From an uncultured Ruminococcus sp. (lineage in GTDB: Bacteria; Bacillota; Clostridia; Oscillospirales; Ruminococcaceae): a stretch of DNA of 64,000 nt. The notes under the pieces were generated by a model. The model worked only from the letters and a program-made list of their open reading frames with translations, did no database searches and was not told the DNA's origin. Position 1 is the stretch's first letter. Each line of letters opens with the position of its first letter. Positions 52,168 through 62,473 of this stretch are shown here, piece after piece. The stretch spans positions 48,214-112,213 of the forward strand of contig CAZKXB010000001.1 of NCBI GenBank assembly GCA_964556595.1. The letters run 5' to 3'. The position numbers were made by a program, and so were the translations under genes.

Positions 52168-52308
52168 ATAACTTAGGCAAGATGTCCCCCGCCGCCTAGG
52201 CGGCGGGTTCCATTTACCATTCAGTAGGGGATACAATCCCCTACTGAATGGCAGGTTGGCGAAGCCAACCCTTGCCCCGTTAAATAACGGGGCAAGCCCC
52301 TTATTGAA
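52168..52308. mobile_element. 141-bp four-hairpin repeat cassette (REP/MITE-like, non-autonomous)
   Basis: Hairpins at 52188-52207, 52217-52251, 52254-52270 and 52271-52296; both ends recur at 12049-12107. Confidence 0.7.
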
Positions 52309-52354
52309 TACACAAAAACTCCCGCACACATCTGTACGGGAGTATTCTGCGGAA

Positions 52355-52582
52355 TTACTGGTTATCCTCGATATACCTAACGATATCGCCAACAGTCTTG
52401 ATGTTCTCAACCTGATCCTCGGGAACTTCAACATCAAACTCGTCCTCAATGCTCATAACAAGGTCAACAACATCGAGAGAGTCAGCGCCGAGGTCGTCTG
52501 TGATGGACGAGGTTTCCTTAATTGCGTCCTCCTCAACATCAAGCTGCTCTGCAATAAGCTTCTTTACTTTTTCAAATACCAT
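52355..52582 (-). CDS. acpP: Acyl carrier protein
   Basis: DLGADSLDVVDLVMSIEDEF. Confidence 0.97.
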   Translation of the reverse strand: MVFEKVKKLIAEQLDVEEDAIKETSSITDDLGADSLDVVDLVMSIEDEFDVEVPEDQVENIKTVGDIVRYIEDNQ

Positions 52583-52704
52583 GGTATAAACCCTCCATAT
52601 TATTTATCACAATATTGCTGTGACAGTTCATGTAATATTATAAAGCATAACTCTAAAATAATCAATATCAAAAAGTTAAAATTTACACGTTATTTTTCAC
52701 AAAC

Positions 52705-53508
52705 TTATTCGGCAAACATACCAATTTTTCTAAATTTGTGATAACGCTGCTCCAAAAGCAGGTCGATTTCCGTGTTTTTCAGGCGGCAGACGGTATCCAC
52801 CAGATACTCGTACAGATTGTCCGCCATCATCGCTTTATTGTTGTGCGCGCCGCCGTCGGGTTCGGGGATAATCTTGTCGCACACGCCGAAATCCGCAAGG
52901 CTTTCCGCCGTGATTTTAAGCAGCTCGCACGCCTCTTTCTCCTTGGTGCCGTCCTTCCAGAGTATAGAAGCCGCGCCCCTTGGGGAAATTACGGAATACA
53001 GCGCGTTTTCAAGCATTGCCAGCTCATCACACACCGCAAGCGCAAGCGCGCCGCCGCTGCCGCCCTCGCCCAGAACAACCGAAACGATAGGCGTCTTAAG
53101 CGTCATAAACTCCGCAAGATTTTTTGCGATAGCCTCGCCTTGACCGCGCTTTTCCGCCTCAACCCCGCAGAATGCGCCGGGGGTGTCAACAAGGCAGATT
53201 ATGGGTCGGTGGAACTTTTCCGCCTGCCTTGCAAGGCGCAGAGCCTTTCTGTAACCCTCTGGGTGGGGCATGGAGAAATTGGATTTCTTGTTTTCTTCAA
53301 GATTTCTGCCCTTTACCTGCGCGATAACCGTAACCGCCGTATCGCCAAGGTATCCTATACCGCCGATTATCGCCGCGTCGTCGCCGCAAAGGCGGTCGCC
53401 GTGGAACTCCATAAAGCGCGTAAACATGGCGGGGATATAATCGTTCACCGTGGGGCGGTCTTTATGGCGGATTATTTCAAGCCTTTCACAGGCTGTAAGC
53501 TTGCTCAT
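52705..53508 (-). CDS. accA: Acetyl-CoA carboxylase carboxyltransferase alpha
   Basis: MPHPEGYRKALR, DTPGAFCG.EAE.RGQ, GEGGSGGA. Confidence 0.96.
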   Translation of the reverse strand: MSKLTACERLEIIRHKDRPTVNDYIPAMFTRFMEFHGDRLCGDDAAIIGGIGYLGDTAVTVIAQVKGRNLEENKKSNFSMPHPEGYRKALRLARQAEKFHRPIICLVDTPGAFCGVEAEKRGQGEAIAKNLAEFMTLKTPIVSVVLGEGGSGGALALAVCDELAMLENALYSVISPRGAASILWKDGTKEKEACELLKITAESLADFGVCDKIIPEPDGGAHNNKAMMADNLYEYLVDTVCRLKNTEIDLLLEQRYHKFRKIGMFAE

Positions 53509-54389
53509 CTGCCCGTACCCTCCTTCGGAAAACCATGTAATTTAAGGATATTGGAAACCCTTCTTCTCATCATGCCGCGCTCCACAATCATATCCACAAA
53601 GCCGCATTCCTGCAAAAACTCTGCCGACTGAAAATCATCGGGAAGCCGCTGGCGTATCGTATCCTGAATAACGCGCCTGCCCGCAAAACCGATAAGCACC
53701 TTAGGCTCGGCAAGAATAATGTCGCCAAGGCTTGCAAACGAAGCGGTAACGCCGCCTGTTGTGGGGTCTGTAAGCACGGTAATATATAAGCCGCCCGCGT
53801 CGCTGTGTCGCTTGACCGCGCCGCTTGTTTTAGCCATCTGCATAAGGGAAATGATACCCTCCTGCATTCTCGCGCCGCCCGACGCTGTGAACATAACCAC
53901 AGGCAGACCCTTTTCAGTTGCGTACTCAAACGCGCGGGTTATCTTCTCGCCCACAACGCTGCCCATGCTCGCCATCATAAAATGGCTGTCCATCACGCCG
54001 ATTACGCAGCGATAGCCGCGTATGGTACATTCGCCCGTCTTTATGGCGTCATTCATGCCCACCTGCTCGGAAAGCTTCTCCACCTTCTCCTCATATTTAG
54101 GGAAGCCTATGGGATTAAGGGAGCGCAGGTTCTCGTCAAACGGCACAAAGCTGCCCTTGTCAACAGTGAGGTCTATGCGCTCCTGCCATGTAAGGCGGGA
54201 ATGATAGCCGCACTTGGGGCACACCTTAAGCGCGTGAATAAATTCCTCATTGTAAATAACATTGCCGCAGCGCGGGCATTTGAACAGCAAATCCTCAGGG
54301 ATTTCAACGCCCTTGCTTTCCTCGGCGGTCTGCGGCTGCTCGTCACCGAAGCGCGCCTTAACCACCTTAAATAAATCTTCAAGTGCCAT
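53505..54389 (-). CDS. accD: Acetyl-CoA carboxylase carboxyltransferase beta
   Basis: CPRC...CPKC zinc finger, SGGARMQEG, PTTGGVTAS, GFAGRRVI. Confidence 0.96.
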   Translation of the reverse strand: MALEDLFKVVKARFGDEQPQTAEESKGVEIPEDLLFKCPRCGNVIYNEEFIHALKVCPKCGYHSRLTWQERIDLTVDKGSFVPFDENLRSLNPIGFPKYEEKVEKLSEQVGMNDAIKTGECTIRGYRCVIGVMDSHFMMASMGSVVGEKITRAFEYATEKGLPVVMFTASGGARMQEGIISLMQMAKTSGAVKRHSDAGGLYITVLTDPTTGGVTASFASLGDIILAEPKVLIGFAGRRVIQDTIRQRLPDDFQSAEFLQECGFVDMIVERGMMRRRVSNILKLHGFPKEGTGR

Positions 54390-54394
54390 TCAGC

Positions 54395-55744
54395 TTAATC
54401 CCCCATCACATTTTTCCTGTTAAGGAAGCCTATATCAAAATTGCCGTTTTCAAAATCCTCATCTTTCAAAAGGCAAAGCTGAAAATCTATGTTGGTATCA
54501 ACGCCCTCGATTATAAATTCCGAAAGCGCAACGCGCATTTTCATTATCGCTTCTTCCCTTGTGGGCGCGCAGACAAGCATTTTGCCAATCATGCTGTCAT
54601 AGAACGGGGTAATCTCATAGCCCGCGTAAATCGCGCTGTCTATGCGCACACCAAAGCCACCGGGAACGTGCAGCGATTTTATCTTACCGGGACACGGACG
54701 GAAGCCGTGGCGCGGGTCCTCCGCATTTATGCGGCACTCGATAGCGTGACCTCTCAGCCGTACATCGTCCTGCGTAAACCACAGTTTTTCTCCCGCCGCT
54801 ATGCGTATCTGCGCCTTAACAAGGTCTACGCCAGTCACAAGCTCGGTAACGGGGTGTTCCACCTGTATTCTGGTGTTCATCTCCATAAAGTAGAAGTTGC
54901 GGTCTTTATCCACAAGAAACTCAATCGTTCCCGCATTCTGATAGCCGCTTACCTTTGCCGCCGCAACAGCCGCGCTGCCCATGCGCGCACGAAGCTCCTC
55001 CGTCATGATGGGGCTGGGGCTTTCCTCCAGCACCTTCTGATTTTTGCGCTGAAGCGAACACTCGCGCTCGCCAAGATGAACAACATTTCCATGCTCGTCC
55101 GCAAGCAGTTGAATTTCAACGTGGCGCGGGTTTACGATAAACTTCTCGATATAAACATCGCCGTTGCCGAAGCAGGCGATAGCCTCCTGCTGAGCCGCGG
55201 AGTACTTGGCTTCAAGCTCCTCCTCGCGCTCGACAAGGCGTATGCCGCGACCGCCGCCGCCCGCCGTTGCCTTAACCATCACAGGATAGCCGATTTCAGC
55301 GCAGATTTCCCTTGCCTGCTCAAGCGTTGCAACAACGCCGTCAGACCCAGGCACAACGGGTACGCCCGCAGAAACCATAGTTCTTTTGGCGTTAGCCTTG
55401 TCACCCATAGCCTCCATAACCTCAGGTGACGGACCTATGAACTTAATTCCGCATTTTTCGCACAGCCGCGCAAAATCAGCGTTCTCCGAAAGGAAGCCGA
55501 AACCGGGGTGAATTGCCTCGGCATGGGTTATCTCGCACGCGGCAAGCAGCGCCTTTGTGTTAAGATAGCTGTCCTTTGCGGCGGCAGGACCTATGCACAC
55601 AGCCTCGTCCGCAATCTGCGCATGAAGCGCGGACTTATCGGCAGTGGAATACACCGCAACCGTTTTTATTCCAAGCTCGCGGCAGGCGCGCATAATCCTT
55701 ATGGCTATCTCACCGCGGTTTGCTATAAGTATCTTATTAAACAT
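54395..55744 (-). CDS. accC: Biotin carboxylase
   Basis: [38 protein letters not shown]. Confidence 0.97.
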   Translation of the reverse strand: MFNKILIANRGEIAIRIMRACRELGIKTVAVYSTADKSALHAQIADEAVCIGPAAAKDSYLNTKALLAACEITHAEAIHPGFGFLSENADFARLCEKCGIKFIGPSPEVMEAMGDKANAKRTMVSAGVPVVPGSDGVVATLEQAREICAEIGYPVMVKATAGGGGRGIRLVEREEELEAKYSAAQQEAIACFGNGDVYIEKFIVNPRHVEIQLLADEHGNVVHLGERECSLQRKNQKVLEESPSPIMTEELRARMGSAAVAAAKVSGYQNAGTIEFLVDKDRNFYFMEMNTRIQVEHPVTELVTGVDLVKAQIRIAAGEKLWFTQDDVRLRGHAIECRINAEDPRHGFRPCPGKIKSLHVPGGFGVRIDSAIYAGYEITPFYDSMIGKMLVCAPTREEAIMKMRVALSEFIIEGVDTNIDFQLCLLKDEDFENGNFDIGFLNRKNVMGD

Positions 55745-55780
55745 TGTAATGTGTCAACTCCAGATAAGAATAGATAAGAA

Positions 55781-56215
55781 TTAAGCAGGGTCGGAAACCG
55801 CAAAGGAAATCTCGGCGGTAACAACCTTTTTGCCGTTTACGGTGGCAACAGCCTTGCCAAAGCCTATCGGTCCCTTTTTGCCTATCATGTCCACATGAAG
55901 CTCCAGCGTGTCGCCTGGCTTTACAACGCCGCGGAAACGCGCCTTGTCTATGCCCGCAAAGAAAGCTATCTTCCCCCTGTTTTCGGGAAGCATCAAAGCG
56001 CAGACCGCTCCCGCTTGCGCAAGCATTTCAATCATCAGCACACCAGGCTGTACGGGGTTTCCCGGAAAATGTCCTCTGAACCAGTCCTCATCGGGCTTAA
56101 GATATTTCTTTGCCGTAACGCTTACACCCGGCTCAAGCTCCGTAACCTCGTCAATAAGCAGAAACGGGTCGCGGTGAGGAATTATCTCTTTTATCTGTTC
56201 AAGATTTAATGTCAT
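55781..56215 (-). CDS. fabZ: 3-hydroxyacyl-ACP dehydratase
   Basis: IPHRDPFLLID, GHFPGNPVQPGVL..E. Confidence 0.96.
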   Translation of the reverse strand: MTLNLEQIKEIIPHRDPFLLIDEVTELEPGVSVTAKKYLKPDEDWFRGHFPGNPVQPGVLMIEMLAQAGAVCALMLPENRGKIAFFAGIDKARFRGVVKPGDTLELHVDMIGKKGPIGFGKAVATVNGKKVVTAEISFAVSDPA

Positions 56216-56224
56216 GGCTGCTCC

Positions 56225-56707
56225 TTATTCTATACGCATAAGCTTCTGACCGTATTCAACCGCTTCGCCGTTATTTACATATATCTCGGCAACCCTGCCG
56301 CTGAAATCGCTGTTAAGCTCGTTCATAAGCTTCATGCTCTCTATAATGCAGATAACGTCGCCCGCGTTTACGGTATCGCCGACCTTTACAAAGGGCGCTT
56401 TATCGGGCGAGGGCGCGGAATAGAACGTGCCTATAATCGGCGAGGTGATAATATTTCCGCTTGTGCTTTCGGGCGCTGCGGCAACAGCGGGCGCTGCTGC
56501 GGGCGCAGAAGCAGCAGCCGCGGCGGGCATACCCATAGGGGGCATTGGCGGCATTGGCGGCGGGCAGTGTCTGCCCTCTATAACTATATCGATATCCGCC
56601 GTGCTGATTTTTATTTTGGAAAGGTCGTTGTCCTTTACTATTTTGGCAAGCGCTTCAACGCACTCTACTGTGTTTTCGATAACGGTTTCTTTTTCCTTAA
56701 CGCTCAT
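56225..56707 (-). CDS. accB: Biotin carboxyl carrier protein
   Basis: [17 protein letters not shown] biotinyl lysine; start MSVKEK. Confidence 0.95.
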   Translation of the reverse strand: MSVKEKETVIENTVECVEALAKIVKDNDLSKIKISTADIDIVIEGRHCPPPMPPMPPMGMPAAAAASAPAAAPAVAAAPESTSGNIITSPIIGTFYSAPSPDKAPFVKVGDTVNAGDVICIIESMKLMNELNSDFSGRVAEIYVNNGEAVEYGQKLMRIE

Positions 56708-56724
56708 GGTATCAGTATCCTTTC

Positions 56725-57969
56725 TCAATCGTTTACGGGCTTCATGCAAATGCAGCCGTTGTGACCGCCAAAGCCAAGCGAGTTGCTGAGCGCGCCTGTG
56801 ATAACCATATCGCGCGCGCCCTCTGTAACGTAGTCAAGGTCGCATTCGGGGTCGGGCGTGCGGTAGCCTCTGGTCATATGCACCTTGTTATTCTTAATGG
56901 AAAGCGCGGTAACAACCGCCTCAACGCCGCCCGCAGCACCCAGCAGGTGTCCTGTCATGGATTTTGTGGAATTTACCGCAATGTTCTTTGCGTGTTCGCC
57001 AAACGCAAGCTTTATTGCCTTCGTTTCGGTTTTATCGTTCATCACGGTGGAAGTGCCGTGCGCGTTGATATAGTTGATTTCTTCGGGCTTCATTCCCGCT
57101 TCCTCATAGGCAAACTGCATTGCCTTTGCGCCGCCTATGCCGTCAGGGTCGGGACTGGTTTCGTGGTGAGCGTCGCAGGTCGAACCGTAGCCGCATATCT
57201 CGGCATAGATTTTAGCGCCCCTTGCCTTTGCGTGTTCGTATTCCTCAAGTACAAGAATACCGCAGCCGTCGCCAAGCACAAAGCCGCTTCTCTCCGCGTC
57301 AAACGGGATAGAAGCCCTGTCAACGTCCTGTGAGCGCGTAACCGCGTGCATATTATTGAACGCCGCATAGCAGAAGCCGATATCGCTGTGTTCCGTGCCG
57401 CCCGCAACAGCCGCGTCCAGATATCCATGCTTTATGGAGCGGAACGCCTCGCCTATCGCCTGTGTTCCCGAAGCGCAGGCTGTGGTTACGCAGAAATTGC
57501 TGCCCTTAAAGCCTGTGCGGATAGCCACAATTCCCGCAGCCATGTTGCCAATCATCTTTGTAATAGTGAAAACAGATACCTTTCTGTTGCCCTTGTTGTG
57601 GTAGGCAAGAATTTCCTCCTCGGTGGTTACAATGCCGCCGATACCGCTGCCGATAACAGTTCCCACGCGGAACGGGTCAAGGTCCTTAAAATCCGTGCCC
57701 GCGTCCTTAAGAGCGTTCATTGCGGCGTACACCGCATACTGAACTATCACGTCATTTCTGCGAAGTTCTTTTTTGTCGAAATATTCAGAAGCGTCAAAAT
57801 TTTTGACCTTTGCGACAATCCCAAGCGTTTCGGTATCCTGATCCTCAAACCACGGCTTAAGTTCAAAGCCGTGTCTGCCCGCCATAAGGCTGTCCCAAAG
57901 TTCCTCAACCGTATTGCCGCAGGGAGTAACCGCGCCAAGACCTGTAATTACAACTCGTCTTTCCATCAA
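56725..57969 (-). CDS. fabF: 3-oxoacyl-ACP synthase II
   Basis: [30 protein letters not shown]. Confidence 0.96.
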   Translation of the reverse strand: MMERRVVITGLGAVTPCGNTVEELWDSLMAGRHGFELKPWFEDQDTETLGIVAKVKNFDASEYFDKKELRRNDVIVQYAVYAAMNALKDAGTDFKDLDPFRVGTVIGSGIGGIVTTEEEILAYHNKGNRKVSVFTITKMIGNMAAGIVAIRTGFKGSNFCVTTACASGTQAIGEAFRSIKHGYLDAAVAGGTEHSDIGFCYAAFNNMHAVTRSQDVDRASIPFDAERSGFVLGDGCGILVLEEYEHAKARGAKIYAEICGYGSTCDAHHETSPDPDGIGGAKAMQFAYEEAGMKPEEINYINAHGTSTVMNDKTETKAIKLAFGEHAKNIAVNSTKSMTGHLLGAAGGVEAVVTALSIKNNKVHMTRGYRTPDPECDLDYVTEGARDMVITGALSNSLGFGGHNGCICMKPVND

Positions 57970-58065
57970 ACGAAAATCCTCCGATATAATTTATAAAATA
58001 AATTGCCCTATAACTTCAGTTTTTGCCGCCAAAGCGCCAATGCGCTCACTGACTGCCGCCGCTGA

Positions 58066-58139
58066 CGCGTGCTTATCGCCGCCAGACTTCTAAGAATGGG
58101 GAGAAGTGCGCCGCAGGCGCGTGCTTATCGCCATTCTTA
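58066..58139. repeat. Small intergenic repeat/palindrome between fabG and fabF
   Basis: CGCGTGCTTATCGCC at 58066 and 58118; TAAGAATGG/CCATTCTTA inverted repeat; GCGCC-GCA-GGCGC hairpin. Confidence 0.7.
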
Positions 58140-58880
58140 CATACTTAAACCGCCGCTGATTTCTATTACCTGTCCCGTTACATAAGCCGAATCATCACTG
58201 CAAAGGAACGATACAACGCCCGCAACCTCCTCAGGCTGACCGTAGCGCTTCATGGCAATCATCTGAAGCATTGCCGCTTTCTGCTCGTCCGTCAGCTTGT
58301 CGGTCATGGGGGTCTGTATGAAGCCGGGCGCTACCGCGTTGCAGGTAATGCCGCGGCTGCCAAGCTCCTTGGCAGTGGTTTTGGTCATCGCGATAACCGC
58401 GCCCTTGGAAGCGGAATAGTTAATCTGTCCAGGGTTTCCATAAAGTCCCGCAACGGAAGCGAGATTTACAATCCTGCCGCTTCTCTGGCGCATCATAACC
58501 GCGCCGCAAAGCTTGGTCATATTGAACACGGACTTCTGGTTAATGCGGATAACCATGTCGTATATCTCCTCGTCCATGCGCACCATAAGACCGTCGCGCG
58601 TAATTCCCGCGTTGTTGATAAGGATATCAACCGTGCCGAACTCCGCCTTCACCCACTTTACCATTTCCTCGCACTGCGCATAGTCGGAAACGTCTGCGGC
58701 ATAGCATTCCGCCCTTACGCCGAATGCACGGCACTCCTCGGCAACCTGCACGCCCGCCGTATCCAGAGTTTCCTTGGAAACGTCGTTGATAACAACGTTG
58801 CAGCCGTCCTTGGCAAGCCGCCTTGCAATGGCTGCGCCGATACCGCGCGCCGAGCCTGTGATTATCGCTGTTTTTGCCAT
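58137..58880 (-). CDS. fabG: 3-oxoacyl-ACP reductase
   Basis: TGSARGIG, NNAGITRDG, NYSASK; start MAKT after GGAAAGGA. Confidence 0.95.
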   Translation of the reverse strand: MAKTAIITGSARGIGAAIARRLAKDGCNVVINDVSKETLDTAGVQVAEECRAFGVRAECYAADVSDYAQCEEMVKWVKAEFGTVDILINNAGITRDGLMVRMDEEIYDMVIRINQKSVFNMTKLCGAVMMRQRSGRIVNLASVAGLYGNPGQINYSASKGAVIAMTKTTAKELGSRGITCNAVAPGFIQTPMTDKLTDEQKAAMLQMIAMKRYGQPEEVAGVVSFLCSDDSAYVTGQVIEISGGLSM

Positions 58881-58908
58881 CTTTACAGTTCCTTTCCCAA
58901 AAATAAAA

Positions 58909-59910
58909 TCAAGTATCCATAATAATCGCGCCGTAGGTAAGACCTGCGCCAAAGCCCACAAAGCATATCCTCATGCCGCTTTTAAGTCTGCCCGACTTTT
59001 TAAGCTCGTCCAGCGCAAGGGGAATGCAGGCACTGGAAATATTGCCGTATTTATGGATATTCTTGAACACCTTGTCGGGCGATATTCCAAGCATATCCGT
59101 TGCCTTGTCGATAATGCGCAGATTTGCCTGATGCGGAATAAGCAGGTCTATATCCTCTATATCGCACTGCGCCTTGTCAAGCACCGTGCGCACCGCGCGG
59201 TTCATTGCGTTTACGGCAAATTTGTACACCGCGTGACCGTCAGACTGGAGATAGTGCCGCTTTTCCTCAGTATCGAAGCGGTTTTCGTAGAACGCGTCAA
59301 TATCCCCGTGCCACGGGCAGTTGGGAACATAGTTCACCTTGCAGTAAAGCGCCTTGAAATCATCTCCCGCCGCGCCCAGAGTGGTGCAGCAAAGCCTATC
59401 TGCGCCCGAAACCACCGCCGCGCCCGCGCCATCGCCAAAAAGTATGCACATGGAACGGTCTGTATAATCAAGGTGAGTTGACAGCTTCTCGGTTGCGACA
59501 ATCAGTATCTTCATGGAAGGCGTAACCGCAAGATATTTCTGCGCAATATCAAGCGCCGAAATAAAGCCTGTGCAGGCGCTGTTTACATCAATGCACGCGG
59601 CATTCTCCGCGCCGATTTCGCGCTGAACAAGGCAGGAAGCCGAGGGATAGAAAAAATCGGGCGTACAGGTGGAAACCAGTATCAGGTCTATATCCTCCGC
59701 CTTTAGGTTAGCGTCCGCAAGCGCGTTCTTCGCCGCCTGCGCGCCCATGTAGTAGTTGGGCTTGTCGGTGGAAATTCGGCGCTGCTTTATGCCTGTGCGC
59801 GGGGTTATCCACTCGTCAGAGGTGTCCAGTATCTCGGCAAATTTATCATTATCTGCCACAAAATCGGGAATATAGCTGCCCGTTCCGAGAATATCTATTC
59901 CGTTCATCAA
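58909..59910 (-). CDS. fabH: 3-oxoacyl-ACP synthase III
   Basis: ACTGF, FGDGAGA, PHQAN, GNISSA triad motifs. Confidence 0.95.
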   Translation of the reverse strand: MMNGIDILGTGSYIPDFVADNDKFAEILDTSDEWITPRTGIKQRRISTDKPNYYMGAQAAKNALADANLKAEDIDLILVSTCTPDFFYPSASCLVQREIGAENAACIDVNSACTGFISALDIAQKYLAVTPSMKILIVATEKLSTHLDYTDRSMCILFGDGAGAAVVSGADRLCCTTLGAAGDDFKALYCKVNYVPNCPWHGDIDAFYENRFDTEEKRHYLQSDGHAVYKFAVNAMNRAVRTVLDKAQCDIEDIDLLIPHQANLRIIDKATDMLGISPDKVFKNIHKYGNISSACIPLALDELKKSGRLKSGMRICFVGFGAGLTYGAIIMDT

Positions 59911-60031
59911 AAAACTCCTTGATTTTATTTACATTATAATGTATAATATATTCTTGCAGGACAAGTTCCCGAAGAATGGTAAAACCTGTTATCGCGCGGG
60001 GCATTATTCCCCACAAAACATACCATTTAAT

Positions 60032-60060
60032 ATTTTACCCTATTATTGCCTGTTTGTCAA
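60032..60060 (-). promoter_or_regulatory. Sigma-A promoter of the fabH-acc operon
   Basis: TTGACA-N17-TAAAAT on the minus strand. Confidence 0.7.
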
Positions 60061-60158
60061 CCATTTCGCAATAATTTCATTCGCTAAAGTGACAAAAAGT
60101 CGATTTTTGTGTAAGAAACGCGGTATTCTCTGCCGCTGAATTTTGGAGGTATACTTCT

Positions 60159-61079
60159 ATGAAAACAATCTTTTTATTCTCAGGACAAGGCTCACAGTAT
60201 CCCGGCATGGGCGCGGAACTTGCGCAAAGGTATTCCGCGGCAAAGCAGATTATCGAGTGCGGCTCGGACATCATGGGCTTTGATATAATGAAGAAAATGA
60301 CGGAGGCTTCCCCTGAGGAGCTTTCGCAGACAAGGCTTTCCCAGCCCGCTATTTTCACCGCCTCGCTTATCGCGCTGACCGCCGCACGTGAAAACGGCAT
60401 AGACAACTGCGCCGTTGCGGGACACTCCCTCGGCGAATACGCCGCTATGTACGCAAGCGGTATGCTCTCCCTTGAGGACGGCTACAAGGCTATAAAACTA
60501 AGAAGCGAAGCCATGGCAAAAGCGGCGGAAGCAACGGGCGGCGCAATGGCGGCAATTCTGCGCAGCAATAATGAAACTATCGAAAAAGTTCTGTCCGAAA
60601 TAAACGGCTTTGCCGCTCCCGCAAACTACAACAGTCCCGAGCAGACCGTTATCGCGGGCGAAACCGCAGCGATAGACGAAGCTATCGAAAAGCTGTCGGC
60701 GCTTAAAGCGCGCTGTGTAAAGCTTGCGGTTTCGGCGGCGTTCCATACAAAGCTTATGGCGGGCGCAGCCGAGGAATTCAAGGCGGCTGTCAGCGGCTTC
60801 GATTTCAGCGCGCCGAACTGCGATTTCTACTCCAACCTTTACGGCAAGAAGCTTGAGGATTTCTCGGATATGCCCGCTTACCTTGCCGCTCACATTTGCT
60901 CCCCCGTTAAGTTCGTGGACGAGATGAACGAGATGAACAACGCGGGCATAGAAGCCTATGTGGAACTTGGTCCCAACAAGGTGCTGACAGGTCTTGTAAA
61001 AAAGACCTTCAAGGGCGCAAACGCTGTGAATATCGAAAACAGCGAAACCCTTGAAAAGGCTCTTGCCGCGCTTAAATAA
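60159..61079 (+). CDS. fabD: Malonyl-CoA:ACP transacylase
   Basis: FSGQGSQ, SQPAI, AGHSLGEY, AAFHT. Confidence 0.96.
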   Translation: MKTIFLFSGQGSQYPGMGAELAQRYSAAKQIIECGSDIMGFDIMKKMTEASPEELSQTRLSQPAIFTASLIALTAARENGIDNCAVAGHSLGEYAAMYASGMLSLEDGYKAIKLRSEAMAKAAEATGGAMAAILRSNNETIEKVLSEINGFAAPANYNSPEQTVIAGETAAIDEAIEKLSALKARCVKLAVSAAFHTKLMAGAAEEFKAAVSGFDFSAPNCDFYSNLYGKKLEDFSDMPAYLAAHICSPVKFVDEMNEMNNAGIEAYVELGPNKVLTGLVKKTFKGANAVNIENSETLEKALAALK

Positions 61080-61115
61080 TGACAATTTTATATATAAACA
61101 GCCAAGGAGTATACC

Positions 61116-61961
61116 ATGCGTAAATTTGGACTTATAGGACACCCGCTGGGTCATTCCCTTTCCCCGCAGATACACACGCGCCTTTTTGAATTAAGCGGAG
61201 AAGCGGTTGACTATCAGCTTTATGACATTCCCCCAGAGGAGCTTGAAAGCAAATTCGGCTTTCTTGAAACCCTGGACGGCTTTAATATAACTATCCCGCA
61301 CAAGGTGGGGATTATAGAATACTGTGACGCGCTTTCCGAGGGCGCGCAGCGCTACCGCTCGGTAAACTGCGTTGCCAACAAAGAAACCAAAGTCGGCTAT
61401 AATACAGACGTTCTCGGCTTCACAAAGTCGATAGATATGCTGGGGGCTTCGCTTAACAGTGACGTGCTGCTTATCGGCTGCGGCGGCGTTGGCAGAATGA
61501 TGGCGATAGAAACCGCGCTCAGCGGCGGCAGGCTTACAATTGCGGCGCTGCCCTCCGACAAGCCGCTTGCCGAAAAGGTTGCGCAGGAAATCCACGCCCT
61601 TAAGCACGACGCAGAGGTGAAAACCGCCGTTATCAGCGGCTCGGCGCTGTCCGCTTCAGACCTTGGCGGCGCTGAATTTGACCTGCTTGTAAATGCCTGC
61701 CCCGTGGGAATGTTCCCCAAAACCGACAGAATGCCATGCGCGCCCGAAGTGCTTGACGGCGTTAAATTCGTATTTGACGCCATCTATAATCCCAAGGAAA
61801 CGCTTCTGGCGAAAACGGCGCGCGAAAAGGGCGCAAAGGCTATGACGGGCATGGCTATGCTGGTTTTGCAGGCGGTAGCGGCTCACGAAATCTGGGATAA
61901 CGCGCAGTACCAAAAATCCGACATAGACAAGCTTATCGCCGATATGGAGGCTTTAGTATGA
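61116..61961 (+). CDS. aroE: Shikimate dehydrogenase
   Basis: GHPLGHSLSP.IH, NITIPHK, NTDVLG, G.GG. Confidence 0.93.
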   Translation: MRKFGLIGHPLGHSLSPQIHTRLFELSGEAVDYQLYDIPPEELESKFGFLETLDGFNITIPHKVGIIEYCDALSEGAQRYRSVNCVANKETKVGYNTDVLGFTKSIDMLGASLNSDVLLIGCGGVGRMMAIETALSGGRLTIAALPSDKPLAEKVAQEIHALKHDAEVKTAVISGSALSASDLGGAEFDLLVNACPVGMFPKTDRMPCAPEVLDGVKFVFDAIYNPKETLLAKTAREKGAKAMTGMAMLVLQAVAAHEIWDNAQYQKSDIDKLIADMEALV

Positions 61962-62473
61962 GCAGCGTGTATCTCTGCGGCTTTATGGGCTGCGGCAAAA
62001 GCCATATCGGCAGAATGACCGCCCGCGCCACGGGCAAGAATTTTGTTGACCTTGACCGCGTTATTGTCGAGCGCGAGGGCATGACTATTCCCGAAATATT
62101 CGAGAAATACGGCGAGCCGCACTTCCGCGCGCTTGAGGCGCAGTATATCCGCGAGCTTTCGGACAACTATATTGTCGCAACGGGCGGCGGCGCGCTGATA
62201 AACGACAGCACAGCGGAATACGCAAGGCAGAGCGGACTGACGGTGTACATCAATACGGCGTTTGAAATTTGCTATGCCCGCATTAAAAATGACAAAAACC
62301 GTCCGCTTGCCGCAAAAAGCACCAAGGAACAGCTTATGCAGCTTTACAGCACGCGCGATCAAATCTACCGCCGCAACAGTCTGTGCATGGTGAACGGCAG
62401 TACCAGGGATTTTATAATCCGCGATGAAATAGTAAAGCTTATGAATTATTTTGAAAAGAACGGAAAAATATAA
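61958..62473 (+). CDS. aroK: Shikimate kinase
   Basis: GFMGCGKS, DLD..I, GEPHFRALE, ATGGG. Confidence 0.94.
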   Translation: MSSVYLCGFMGCGKSHIGRMTARATGKNFVDLDRVIVEREGMTIPEIFEKYGEPHFRALEAQYIRELSDNYIVATGGGALINDSTAEYARQSGLTVYINTAFEICYARIKNDKNRPLAAKSTKEQLMQLYSTRDQIYRRNSLCMVNGSTRDFIIRDEIVKLMNYFEKNGKI

